In this document: in pieces, positions 6,656 through 16,023 of the stretch
How positions within the stretch are numbered: position 1 is the stretch's first letter
Layout: the number at the start of each line of letters is the position of its first letter
Assembly: GCA_045599485.1 (NCBI GenBank)
Contig: JAZRWA010000043.1
Span: 1-19,705 of the forward strand
Direction of reading: 5' to 3'
Length of the DNA stretch: 19,705 bases
Source of the DNA: Clostridia bacterium
Lineage (GTDB): Bacteria; Bacillota; Clostridia; Christensenellales; Aristaeellaceae
Made by a program: the position numbers and the translations under genes
Notes under the pieces: generated by a model
The model's database searches: none
Seen by the model: the letters and a program-made list of their open reading frames with translations, nothing else
Told to the model about the DNA's origin: nothing

Positions 6656-7870
6656 ATGAATTTTATTTTTATTTCGCCCCATTTTCCGCGCAGAACGTGG
6701 CAGTTTTGCGAACGGTTGAAGAGAAACGGGGTAACTGTGCTGGGCATCGGCGACGCGCCCTATGACGCGCTGGATCCGAATGTACGGGACAGCCTGAACG
6801 AATACTATTATCTGCCGAGCCTGGAAAACTATGACGCGGTGTACCGGGCGGTGGCGTTCTTTGCGTTCAAATACGGGCGGATCGACTGGATCGAATCCAA
6901 CAACGAGTACTGGCTGTAGCAGGACGCCATGCTTCGAAGTGATTTTAACATTCAAAGCGGTGTGAATGCGAAGGATATCCGCTATTTCAAGAGCAAAGCC
7001 GCCATGAAGGAAAAATATGCTCTGGGACAGATCCCGACCGCCCGCAGCCATGTGATCGAAACGGAAGCGGATACCCGGGAATTTATCACTTCGGTTGGTT
7101 GGCCGGTCATTATCAAACCGGAAAACGGCGTGGGCGCGGCGGACACCTACAAGATCCATAATGAATCGGAGCTGCAGGCGTTTTTTGAAGACCAGCCCGA
7201 GGGGCCCTGCGTGTGCGAGGAGTTCATTGAGGGCGATATCTGCTCCTATGATGCCATCGTGGACAGCCGGGGCGAGCCGCTGTTTGAATCAATGACGGTG
7301 TGGCCGCCTTCCAGTGCCGATATCGTCAACCTCGATCTGGACCTGAGCTATTATGTCAGCCCCACGATGCCGGACAGCCTGCGGACGCTGGGACGGCGTA
7401 CCGTCAAGGCCTTCCATGTGTTCAGCCGCTTCGTTCATCTGGAGTTTTTCAGGTTGACCCATGACCGGGAAGGGCTGGGCAGGCAGGGCGATTTTGTTGC
7501 CCTGGAGGTCAATATGCGCCCCGCGGGCGGCTACACGCCCGATATGATCAACTATGCGCACAGCACCGACGTGTACCGTATCTGGGCGGACATGGTGACC
7601 TTTGATCGCACGGAATGGCAGCCGGCCGACCGGGAATACTGCTGCGCCTACGCGGGGCGAAAGAACAGCAAAAGGTATCTGCTCAGTGATGAGGAAATAT
7701 GGAACCGCTGGGGCGGTAAGATCACAATGTGCGAGGAGATGCCGCCCATGATGGTGCGTACCATGGGCAACAGAATGTACACAGCAAGGCTGGACAGCGT
7801 GGAGGAGGCGCAATGCTTCATCCGCGATGTGCTGAAAACGGAGGGGGACAAGCATGAACCGGAGGAGTAA
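6656..7870 (+). CDS. ATP-grasp domain protein (404 codons) with an in-frame TAG at 6917-6919. The final stop is TAA.
   Basis: Track ORFs 6518-6919 and 6929-7870 share a frame and are separated only by TAG (…IESNNEYWL*QDAMLRSDFNI…). The upstream piece is a pre-ATP-grasp region. The downstream piece is the ATP-grasp fold (WPVIIKPENGVGAADTYKI, EEFIEGDICSYD, ALEVNMRPAGG) and has no SD or start of its own. ATG 6656 was chosen because the TATAAT box lies inside the longer ORF. Confidence 0.8.
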
Positions 7871-8720
7871 TCGGTGGATCGCCCTGCTGCTGGTATTCGT
7901 GCTTTTGCTGCCATGCGGCGGCATCGCGGAGCAGCTGGTGTTTGACAAGGGGAAGGCACCGGATTTTGAGAAAGGAACGCCTACGCTGGACATCCACGTG
8001 GTGCCCATGATCGGCGGCGACTGCCTGATCCTGCGCTGCGACGGACAGGTGATGCTGGTGGACATGGGCAAGGAGAACGAGTACGAGACCATCAAGTCGG
8101 AGTTTGAACGGCTGGGAATTGATAAAGTGGATATCGCCTTCAACAGCCATCCGCATGATGACCATCTGGGCAGCATGATACACATTGCCGAGGACTATCC
8201 GGTGGGGCTGTTCCTGACGGCTTTTGATGAGGATTATGATGACGGCTTCTGCGATCAGGCGGAGACCATTTCATTCCTGCGGGAAAAGAATGTGCCCATC
8301 CGCCGCGTGGGGGATATGGATACCTTTGAATTTGCGTCCTGCCATTGCACGGTGTATCAGATCCTGGATGTTCCCGTCTGCAATTACATGAGCGCGGTGC
8401 TGATGATCGAGTACGGCGAGAGGCGCGTGCTGATGACAGGGGATTTTATTGATGAGGTGCAGCGGGAGCTGGCACAGAGCGGGCATGACATCCGGGCGGA
8501 GATCGTCAAGCATCCGCATCACGGGCTCCAACCCATGTATCATGATTTCATCCGTGCCATCGCCCCTTAGTACGCGATCATCACCCACAACTACAGCTGC
8601 TCCGCGGTGGCGAGGGACCGGCTGAATGATTACCGCATCCGCTATGGCATTGCCGCGTGGGGTCCGCTGCATCTGGCGACGAACGGGGCATACTGGCTGG
8701 TGGATCAGCTGCGCAACTGA
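7854..8720 (+). CDS. Secreted ComEC-type MBL-fold metallo-hydrolase (288 codons) with an in-frame TAG at 8568-8570. The final stop is TGA at 8718-8720.
   Basis: It has the signal-like N-terminus MNRRSNRWIALLLVFVLLLPCGG, then LILRCDGQVMLVDMG, HPHDDHLGS and KHPHHG. After the TAG the same frame continues for 49 codons as YAIITHNYSCSAVARDRLNDYRIRYGIAAWGPLHLATNGAYWLVDQLRN, the usual C-terminal end of this family. GGAGGGGG precedes ATG 7854. Confidence 0.8.
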
Positions 8721-8722
8721 AC

Positions 8723-8751
8723 TTGCCAAGCACGTAAAAAAGCGTTATAAT
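8723..8751 (+). promoter_or_regulatory. Near-consensus sigma-A promoter
   Basis: -35 TTGCCA (8723-8728), a 17-nt spacer, and -10 TATAAT (8746-8751). Confidence 0.7.
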
Positions 8752-8785
8752 ATCACTGTTTTTGTTTGGAAGGGAGGGACACGGA

Positions 8786-9079
8786 ATGAAGGGAAGACTG
8801 CTGTTTGCCCTGGCTTTCTGTGCCCTGATCCTGTTGGGCGTGCGTGCCCTGCCCAAGACAGGCGAGGTCAAAGCGCCGCTGCTGCTTCGGGTATCCAACC
8901 GATGCGCGCCTGCCGCGGCCTTGCCCGAAAGCAGCCCCGAGGTGACCGTTACGGAGGTGCGGGGCGCTGTGCCTGTTACGGCACCGCAGCGGAGCACGGC
9001 CTGTACCATCCCGCAGCTGCGCATGCCCTTCTATCGTATGGCGTACGGTGTGTTCCATCTGCAGGATAAAGCCGGGTAA
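8786..9079 (+). CDS. Small hypothetical secreted or membrane-anchored protein, 97 aa. The stop is TAA.
   Basis: ATG 8786 follows GGAAGGGAGGGA and the promoter above. The N-terminus MKGRLLFALAFCALILLGVRALP looks like a signal peptide. I recognise no family. Confidence 0.5.
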   Translation: MKGRLLFALAFCALILLGVRALPKTGEVKAPLLLRVSNRCAPAAALPESSPEVTVTEVRGAVPVTAPQRSTACTIPQLRMPFYRMAYGVFHLQDKAG

Positions 9080-9135
9080 CGGCGATGCGGTTCCGTAAAA
9101 GCATTTCAATACATTACATGAGGAGAAAAATCAAA

Positions 9136-10440
9136 ATGAAAAACAATGCTGTCAACAAGATCATCAGCATCGTGGTGCTGGTGGCTCTGCTGGGCGCCAC
9201 GGTGTTTGGCGCATATGCCGGCCTGATGGGTCTGAATACCCAGATGGTGACCGTCCGTGAGAATGGCACCGATGTGCAGAAGGCTCTGTACCGCATCGTG
9301 TCGTTCATTCCCAACACCCTGAACAACAGCTGGCAGGAAGTCGTTCAGCCCGATACCACTTTGGGCGGCGGCTACAGCTATGTGCTGACTGCTCCCGACG
9401 GCGTGAAGGCCGAAGACATGAACAAGGCCGCACAGGTGATCCGTGCCCGTGCCGACATGCTGGTCGGCGGTGCCGTGACCAAGGTGGAGGGCAGCACTCT
9501 GACCCTGACCGTGCCCGGCAAGGACTATGACACCTCCATCGCCGCTGTGCTGCAGCCCACCGGTCAGGCGACCTTTGCCCTGTATGACGATGATACCGGC
9601 CTGTTCGGCGACTCTCTGCTGGATGGCAGCATCGCGGACGGCACCTACTACTACCGGGGCGAAAATGGCTACAACATTCAGCTGCACCTGAGTGCGAAGG
9701 GCGCCGCTGCCCTGCGTCAGGTCATTGCCGAACACAGCTTTGAATACCTGTACCTGCTGCTGGATGGCGAACCCGTTGGCTACAGCCCCCTGTATGACGG
9801 CATCATTACCGAAGGCAGCACCGTGGACTTTGCGTCTCCCGATGCCAGCAGTGCTTTTGTGACCGCGGTCACGATGCGCGGCGGCGCCCTGCCCTGCGTG
9901 CTGACGATGATCTCTGATGGTGCGGCGGCGGCGTCCTCCTCCCTGATGAATGTGGGCATCATCGTGTTTGCCTGCCTGCTGCTGCTGGCTTGCGTGTACA
10001 TGATCGCCCGCAGCGTCAAGGCGGGTCTGCTGGGCACCTGGGCGCTCATCGCCGGCGTGGTGCTGGCGGCTCTGCTGAATGCGCTCATCGTGGTGGATAC
10101 CATCTGGGTCGTCACCGTGCTGAGCGGCATCGTGGTGTTCCTGTGCCTGGTTGTGATGGCCGTTAGCGTGGTGATGGTGGTCAATAAGGCTGCCGGCTTC
10201 GTCCGTGCCGGCCGTGAGACCGCTGCCTCCGTTTCTGCCGCCATCGGCAAGAACGGCAAGCTGGTGGCTATGGTGAACGGCATTCTGATGGCCATCGGTC
10301 TTATCCTGATGTTTGCCTTCCAGAGAAACGCCGTGGGCATCATGGGCCGTGTCGTGGCCGCCGATGCGCTGGTGACCCTGGTCATGGTGTTCATTTTCCT
10401 GCCGGTGGTAACCGCCTGCATCAAGTCTCTGCGTAAGTGA
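9136..10440 (+). CDS. SecD-family (protein-export membrane protein) homologue, divergent in its transmembrane core. The stop is TGA.
   Basis: An N-terminal TM is followed by a P1-head-like domain (LGGGYSYVLTAP, VIRARADMLVGG, LTLTVPGKDY, YLYLLLDGEPVGYSPLYDGIITEG, MRGGALPCVL) and five C-terminal TMs. Its position upstream of recJ-relA-dtd matches Firmicute secDF synteny. GAGGAG lies 10 nt before ATG 9136. Confidence 0.7.
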   Translation: MKNNAVNKIISIVVLVALLGATVFGAYAGLMGLNTQMVTVRENGTDVQKALYRIVSFIPNTLNNSWQEVVQPDTTLGGGYSYVLTAPDGVKAEDMNKAAQVIRARADMLVGGAVTKVEGSTLTLTVPGKDYDTSIAAVLQPTGQATFALYDDDTGLFGDSLLDGSIADGTYYYRGENGYNIQLHLSAKGAAALRQVIAEHSFEYLYLLLDGEPVGYSPLYDGIITEGSTVDFASPDASSAFVTAVTMRGGALPCVLTMISDGAAAASSSLMNVGIIVFACLLLLACVYMIARSVKAGLLGTWALIAGVVLAALLNALIVVDTIWVVTVLSGIVVFLCLVVMAVSVVMVVNKAAGFVRAGRETAASVSAAIGKNGKLVAMVNGILMAIGLILMFAFQRNAVGIMGRVVAADALVTLVMVFIFLPVVTACIKSLRK

Positions 10441-10445
10441 TTTTC

Positions 10446-10474
10446 GTTTCCCCGGGGCCGCTCCCCGGGGAAAC
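10446..10474 (+). other. Perfect 12-bp GC-rich hairpin after the SecD-like gene, with no U-tract
   Basis: gtttccccgggg (10446-10457) and ccccggggaaac (10463-10474) pair around the loop ccgct. Confidence 0.6.
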
Positions 10475-10480
10475 CTCTTG

Positions 10481-10517
10481 AGGCAAGGCGTTCGAAAGGG
10501 CGTTTTGCCTTCTTTTC
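10481..10517 (+). terminator. Possible intrinsic terminator
   Basis: aggcaa (10481-10486) pairs with ttgcct (10505-10510) and is followed by tcttttc. The loop is large, so the prediction is weak. Confidence 0.4.
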
Positions 10518-10532
10518 AATCAAAGGAGTTCT

Positions 10533-12785
10533 ATGCAGCAGCTGATTCAAAGAGGAAGAACGGGAAGTATTCCTGGGAGGAAAGATGTTCTGTCCCGGCT
10601 GCTTTTCGCGCGCGGAATCGAAACGCCTGAGGAGGCGCAGCGATTTTTGCATCCCTCGACCGAACAGCTGCTGGATCCTATGACGCTGCCCGGGGCGGCA
10701 CAGGCGGTGGAGATCATTCGCCGCCACATTGCCGATGGCAGCCGCATCACCGTCTACGGCGATTATGATTGCGACGGCGTCTGTGCCACGGCCCTGCTGA
10801 CGGAGATTTTGACGCAGGCGGGGGCCGGGGACGTGCGCAAGTACATCCCCTCCCGCGAGGAGGAAGGCTATGGCCTCAACTGCGCTGCGGTGGAAAAGAT
10901 CGCCACGACCGGCGGACTGCTCATCACCGTGGACTGCGGCATCACCAGCGTGACCGAGACGGCTTTGGCAAAAAGCCTGGGCATGGAGGTCATCATCACC
11001 GATCATCATACCATTCCCGATCCGGTGCCGGAGGCAGATGCCATTGTGCACAGCGCGCTGGAGGGATACGGCTGTCCCTTCCTGTGCGGAGCGGGTACGG
11101 CCTGGAAACTCGGCTGCGCGCTGCTCGGGCACATTGCTTGGGATCAGATCGAACTGGCGGCGCTGGCGACCGTGGCGGATATGGTGCCGCTGCGGGGAGA
11201 AAACCGCGTCATTGCCGCTTTGGGTCTGGAAAAGGCTGCGCACACCGAACGCCCGGGGCTGAAGGCCTTGATGGAAATTTCCAAGGTGCCCTTTGATAAG
11301 CCCATCAGCGGAACGGATACCGGCTTTAAGCTGGGACCGCGGATCAATGCCTGCGGACGGTTAAAATCGGCGGACATTGCCTTTGAAATGCTCACCACGC
11401 AGGATACTGCCGTGGGCAGAGCCCGTGCCGAAGAAGCAAACCGGCTCAACACCGAACGCAAAGACGCGGAAGAAAGCATTCTGCAACAGGCGGAAAGCCA
11501 ATTGCGGCAGCTGAACCTGTGCCGGGAGCAGGCGGTGGTTATTGCGGGCAAGGAGTGGCCCAAGGGCGTGGTGGGGCTGGCGGCCGGACGCATCAGCAAC
11601 AATTATGGCTACCCGACGGTAGCACTGAGCCTGCACGATGGACTGGCGGAGGGCAGTGCCCGTGCCGCCAGCGGGGTGGATATCTATCGGGCCCTGACGG
11701 AGTGCGGCGATATCTTTGTCAAGTTTGGCGGCCATCCGGCGGCAGCGGGCATGACCCTTCGGGAAGAAAATGTGCCGCTGCTGAGGGAGCGGCTCAACGA
11801 AGCCGTACGAAAGCAGCTGAACGGACGGGCGCCCATGCCGGTGCTGGAATATGACTGTGAGCTGCGCCTGAATGAGATCAGCGAAACGCTGATCGAGGAG
11901 CTGGCACAGCTGGAGCCCTGCGGAACGGGCAATCCTTCCCCGGCGTTTTTAATGCAGGACGTCAATGTGATCAAAACAGAGATCATGGGCGCGAAACGCA
12001 GCCATCTGCGCATGACCCTCGAGGAGGACGGACTGCAGATGGGTGCGGTCGCCTTTGGTATGGCGGAGTGGGCAGATCGTTTGGGCGACGGCGCCGGGTT
12101 CATCTGTGTGCCAACAGTCAACAGCTTCCGCGGCAGCAACACGCTGCAGTGCATGGTGCAGGCCATTACGGCAGGCGGTGGCTTTCATCTGACCCGGTCG
12201 ATGGAAGGGGAGCGGATGATCAGGCTGCTCAAGGAACTGTGCCAGGGCCCCGCCATGAAGGCGGACCCGGGGGAACTGCCCGAAACCATAGCCGACCAGG
12301 GCACATTGCTGGTCTGCCATACGGTGGAGACAGCGCGTGCGCTGAAACAGCTGTATCCGCATCTGGATGCGGAAGCGGCATCCATCCCCGATCCGAGAGC
12401 GTACAGCCGTATCTGGCTCTGCGACCGCTTCGAAAAGCAGGGACCGTATGAGCACATCGTGCTGGCGGACGGCGCTGTGGCGCCGGAGGAGATCTTCCGT
12501 CTGCACAGCCTGTATCCCGAGGCGAAGCTGACCGTGCTGCCGCAATCGCAGAACCTGAAGCTGCTGTTGGACAGCCTGCGGCCCACCAAAGATGAAATGA
12601 GAGCGCTCTATGTTGAAATAAAAGAAAACAGGGCGCGTCTGGACACGATGAAAAAGCGCATGGCGGCGGAGATACTGGGTCATATGGGCCTGATCAACGT
12701 GAAATCGCTGACGCTGAAAGAAATAAAAAAAGCCGATCCCGCACAGGACGGCCTGTATCGTTTGTTGAACCCGGAGAGTGATTGA
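10533..12785 (+). CDS. recJ: Single-stranded-DNA-specific exonuclease RecJ. The stop is TGA.
   Basis: DHH motifs DYDCDGV, TVDCGI and ITDHH are present, along with the DHHA1 motif GGHPAAAG. AAGGAG lies 6 nt before the ATG. Confidence 0.95.
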   Translation: MQQLIQRGRTGSIPGRKDVLSRLLFARGIETPEEAQRFLHPSTEQLLDPMTLPGAAQAVEIIRRHIADGSRITVYGDYDCDGVCATALLTEILTQAGAGDVRKYIPSREEEGYGLNCAAVEKIATTGGLLITVDCGITSVTETALAKSLGMEVIITDHHTIPDPVPEADAIVHSALEGYGCPFLCGAGTAWKLGCALLGHIAWDQIELAALATVADMVPLRGENRVIAALGLEKAAHTERPGLKALMEISKVPFDKPISGTDTGFKLGPRINACGRLKSADIAFEMLTTQDTAVGRARAEEANRLNTERKDAEESILQQAESQLRQLNLCREQAVVIAGKEWPKGVVGLAAGRISNNYGYPTVALSLHDGLAEGSARAASGVDIYRALTECGDIFVKFGGHPAAAGMTLREENVPLLRERLNEAVRKQLNGRAPMPVLEYDCELRLNEISETLIEELAQLEPCGTGNPSPAFLMQDVNVIKTEIMGAKRSHLRMTLEEDGLQMGAVAFGMAEWADRLGDGAGFICVPTVNSFRGSNTLQCMVQAITAGGGFHLTRSMEGERMIRLLKELCQGPAMKADPGELPETIADQGTLLVCHTVETARALKQLYPHLDAEAASIPDPRAYSRIWLCDRFEKQGPYEHIVLADGAVAPEEIFRLHSLYPEAKLTVLPQSQNLKLLLDSLRPTKDEMRALYVEIKENRARLDTMKKRMAAEILGHMGLINVKSLTLKEIKKADPAQDGLYRLLNPESD

Positions 12786-12787
12786 AA

Positions 12788-14977
12788 ATGAGTACCGCTT
12801 ATGAATGCATGTCGCTGGAACAAATGGTGGCGCGCATGCGTCACTTTCATCCGAACGCCGATGCCGCGCTGATCGAAAAGGCCTATGCCTTTGCCGAAAA
12901 GGTACACGGCGGTCAGCGCCGTTTGAGCGGCGAACCCTATATTGTGCATCCCGTTTATGTAGCCAGCATCCTGACCGAGATCGGCATTGACGCCCCGACG
13001 GTAGCGGCGGGTCTTTTGCACGACACGGTGGAGGACTGCAAGGATGTGACGCTGGAGACCATCGAGAGCGAATTCGGTCCCGAGGTCGCGCGTCTGGTGG
13101 ACGGCGTGACCAAGCTGAGCAAGCTGGACTTTACCAACCGTGAGGAGCAGCAGGCGGAGACGCTGCGCAAAATGATCCTGGCCATGGGCAAGGATATCCG
13201 TGTGGTGCTGATCAAGCTGGCGGACCGCCTGCACAACATGCGCACCCTCAAATTCAAATCGCCTGAACGGCAGGTGGCCATTGCCCACGAAACGCTGGAT
13301 ATTTATGCGCCGCTGGCGCACCGCCTTGGCGTTTACACCATCAAGGCGGAGCTTTAGGACCTGTCGCTGCGCTACATCGATCCGGAAGGCTATCAGGAAG
13401 TGGCGCGCAAGGTGGGCATGAAGCGGGCTGAACGCGAGGCCAACATCCAGATCGTAATGGAGGAGCTGTCGCAGAAGCTGACGGAGATGGGCATCAAGCA
13501 TGACATCGCCGGCCGCCCCAAGCATTTGTACAGCATTTACCGCAAGATGGTGCTGCATAACAAGCCGTTTGAGCAGATCTACGATCTGATTGCCATCCGC
13601 GTGCTGGTGCGCTCCATTCCCGAATGCTATACCGTGCTGGGCGTGTGCCATACGCTGTGGTCGCAGGTGCCGGGACGCTTCAAGGATTATATCTCGGTGC
13701 CCAAGAACAACATGTATCAGTCGCTGCATACCACGGTGGTGGGCGGCCGCCGCATGCCCTTCCCCTTTGAAATTCAGATCCGTACCTATGAAATGCACCA
13801 TGTGGCGGAATACGGCATCGCCGCGCACTGGCGCTACAAGGAGGGCGGCGGCGCGGAGGACGGCTTTGACAAAAAGCTGTTCTGGCTGCGTCAGATCCTT
13901 GACTGGCAGAACGAGACCCGGGACAGTCAGGAGTTCCTGGACGGCCTGAAGACGGATCTGTTTTCCGAGCAGGTATTTATCTTTACGCCCAAGGGCGACA
14001 TCATCGATATGCCCCGCGGTGCCACCCCGCTGGACTTTGCCTATCGTGTGCACAGCGCCGTGGGCAACAGCTGCGTGGGCGCCAAGATCAACGGCCGCAT
14101 CGTGCCGCTGGATACCCCGCTGGAAACGGGCGACCGCGTGGAGATCATGACCTCCTCCAGCTCCAAAGGCCCCAGCATGGACTGGCTCAAGATCGTTAAA
14201 ACGCAGGCTGCCCGCAGCAAGATCCGCCAGTATTTCCGCAGGGAGCTGCGCGGCGAGAACGTGGAAAAGGGCAAGGATCTGCTGGACCGCGAGGCCAAGC
14301 GCCGCGGACTGGTGCTGGGTTCGCTGCTCAAGGACGAATATGTGCAGCCGCTGCTGCAGCGCTACTGCTTTGCCGATATTGAAGATATTTACGGCGCGGT
14401 GGGCTCCGGCATGGTGGCTTCGGCTTATGTGATCTCCCGACTGTTTGAGGAACAGCACAAGAGTCAGGAGGCGCAGGAAGTCAAGCTGCCGCCTCAGCTG
14501 ACCGAGGAAAAGCAGGCGCAATTGCAGCAGGGTAAGCCCACACAGGGCATTTACGTGGAAGGCGATTCCGGCTTGCTGGTGCGCTTTGCCCGCTGCTGCA
14601 GTCCTGTACCCGGCGATGACATTGTGGGCTATATCACGCGCGGACGCGGTGTGACGGTGCACAAGTGCGACTGCGTCAACGCCAATAACGAGCCGGAACG
14701 TCGGGTCAATGTGTCGTGGGCGCATCAGAATACCGGACGGTTCAATACCACGCTCAGCGTGATCGCCTACGACCACGAGGGGCTGCTGGGCGAAATGACC
14801 GTTTATGTGCAGGATAGCGGTGCCCCCATCAGCGCGGTCAACGTCAAGGTCAATCCCAACAAGACCTGCTCCATCACCATGGTCATTCAGGTCGAGAGCA
14901 GAGAACAGGTGGACGCCGTGCTCCGCCGGCTGCAGAAGCGGCCGGACGTCATCGAGGCGTTCCGCATCGGAGGCTGA
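12788..14977 (+). CDS. relA: Bifunctional (p)ppGpp synthetase/hydrolase Rel (729 codons) with an in-frame TAG at 13355-13357. The final stop is TGA.
   Basis: The HD hydrolase domain (HDTVED) is followed in the same frame after the TAG by the synthetase domain ([22 protein letters not shown]), a TGS domain ([28 protein letters not shown]) and a C-terminal ACT-like domain. The summed length equals a normal long Rel protein. Confidence 0.9.
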
Positions 14978-14979
14978 GT

Positions 14980-15429
14980 ATGCGCGCAGTAGTACAACGT
15001 GTCACCGAGGCATCCGTAAAGGTGAACGGCGAGGTCGTGGGCAGCATCGGTCAGGGGCTGATGGTGCTGCTGGGCGTCAAGACGGGGGATACCGAAAAGG
15101 ACGCCCTGTATATGGCGGACAAAATTCTCAAGCTGCGCATCTTTGAAGATGAGAACGGCAAAATGAACCGTTCGCTGAAAGATATCGGCGGCAGTGTGCT
15201 GTGCGTGAGCCAGTTTACGCTGCTGGGGGACTGCCGCGGTCAGAACCGCCCGGGCTTTACGCAGGCAGAGGCGCCGGAGAGGGCCAACGAGCTGTATGAG
15301 CGTGTCTGTGCCCGCATGCGCGAACAGGATGTGACCGTGGAAACGGGCATTTTCCGGACCGATATGAAGGTGGCGCTGGTCAATGACGGCCCCATCACCA
15401 TTCTGGTGGACAGTGAAAAAACATTTTAA
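14980..15429 (+). CDS. dtd: D-aminoacyl-tRNA deacylase. The stop is TAA.
   Basis: The product is 149 aa with [16 protein letters not shown] and the NRPGF motif. A GGAGG inside the relA 3' end precedes the ATG. Confidence 0.95.
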   Translation: MRAVVQRVTEASVKVNGEVVGSIGQGLMVLLGVKTGDTEKDALYMADKILKLRIFEDENGKMNRSLKDIGGSVLCVSQFTLLGDCRGQNRPGFTQAEAPERANELYERVCARMREQDVTVETGIFRTDMKVALVNDGPITILVDSEKTF

Positions 15430-15441
15430 GGAAACACAAAC

Positions 15442-16023
15442 ATGCTGATTGAAAAGCTTTCCCTGGGGGAACTGATGACCAACTGCTATCTGGTAGCCCG
15501 CGATGAAACGAGTCCGCTGGTGGTGATCGATCCCGGGGATGATGCGAGCCGCCTGCGTCAGACCATCGGGCAGCGTCCGGTGGCGGGCGTGCTGATCACG
15601 CACGCTCATTTTGACCATATTCTGGGGCTGGAAGCGCTCACAGGCGCGCCCGTCTATGTGCATGAAGCGGATGCGGAATCGCTGTGCAATGAAACGGCGG
15701 CGGCTGGTTATGGCCGTGTGAACCGTGTGCCGGCGACCGATACCGTGCATGAGGGGGATACGATCTCCCTCGGCGGGCTGGAGTTTACGGTGCTGCATAC
15801 GCCGGGGCATACGCCCGGAAGTGTGTGCTATCAGTGCGGCGATACGCTTTTCAGCGGCGATACATTGTTTGCCACAGGCTGGGGGCGTACCGACCTGCCC
15901 GGCGGTGATGAGGCGGCGATGATGAAATCGCTGCGGCGCCTGCTGCGGCTGCCAGCCAAACTGCGTGTGCTGCCCGGTCATGGTGCCGGCACCACGCTGG
16001 CCTGCATCAGGGGGAAAGAATGA
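15442..16023 (+). CDS. MBL-fold metallo-hydrolase (glyoxalase II-like). The stop is TGA.
   Basis: The THAHFDHILG motif, HTPGHTPGS and a C-terminal PGHG are present. The position after dtd is conserved in Clostridia. Confidence 0.9.
   Translation: MLIEKLSLGELMTNCYLVARDETSPLVVIDPGDDASRLRQTIGQRPVAGVLITHAHFDHILGLEALTGAPVYVHEADAESLCNETAAAGYGRVNRVPATDTVHEGDTISLGGLEFTVLHTPGHTPGSVCYQCGDTLFSGDTLFATGWGRTDLPGGDEAAMMKSLRRLLRLPAKLRVLPGHGAGTTLACIRGKE

Noticed and set aside
13384-13402. GTG 13400, with GGAAGG 10 nt upstream, as an independent start for a stand-alone synthetase.
   Set aside because: Such a break would cut the conserved KxELED..RYL linker helix, and the two ORFs are exactly in frame. I kept this only as the alternative hypothesis in the relA finding.
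12680-14776. A 698-aa ORF antisense to relA. Similar long antisense ORFs occur at 2145-3524, 3407-4126, 4077-5195, 5250-6212, 7289-8185, 9780-11243, 14887-15981, 16566-17534 and 18328-19068.
   Set aside because: Each lies exactly opposite a strongly recognisable conserved gene. Their composition is Arg/Ala/Gly/His/Leu-rich and low in complexity, and they have no SD-linked starts. These are typical shadow ORFs of GC-rich coding DNA.
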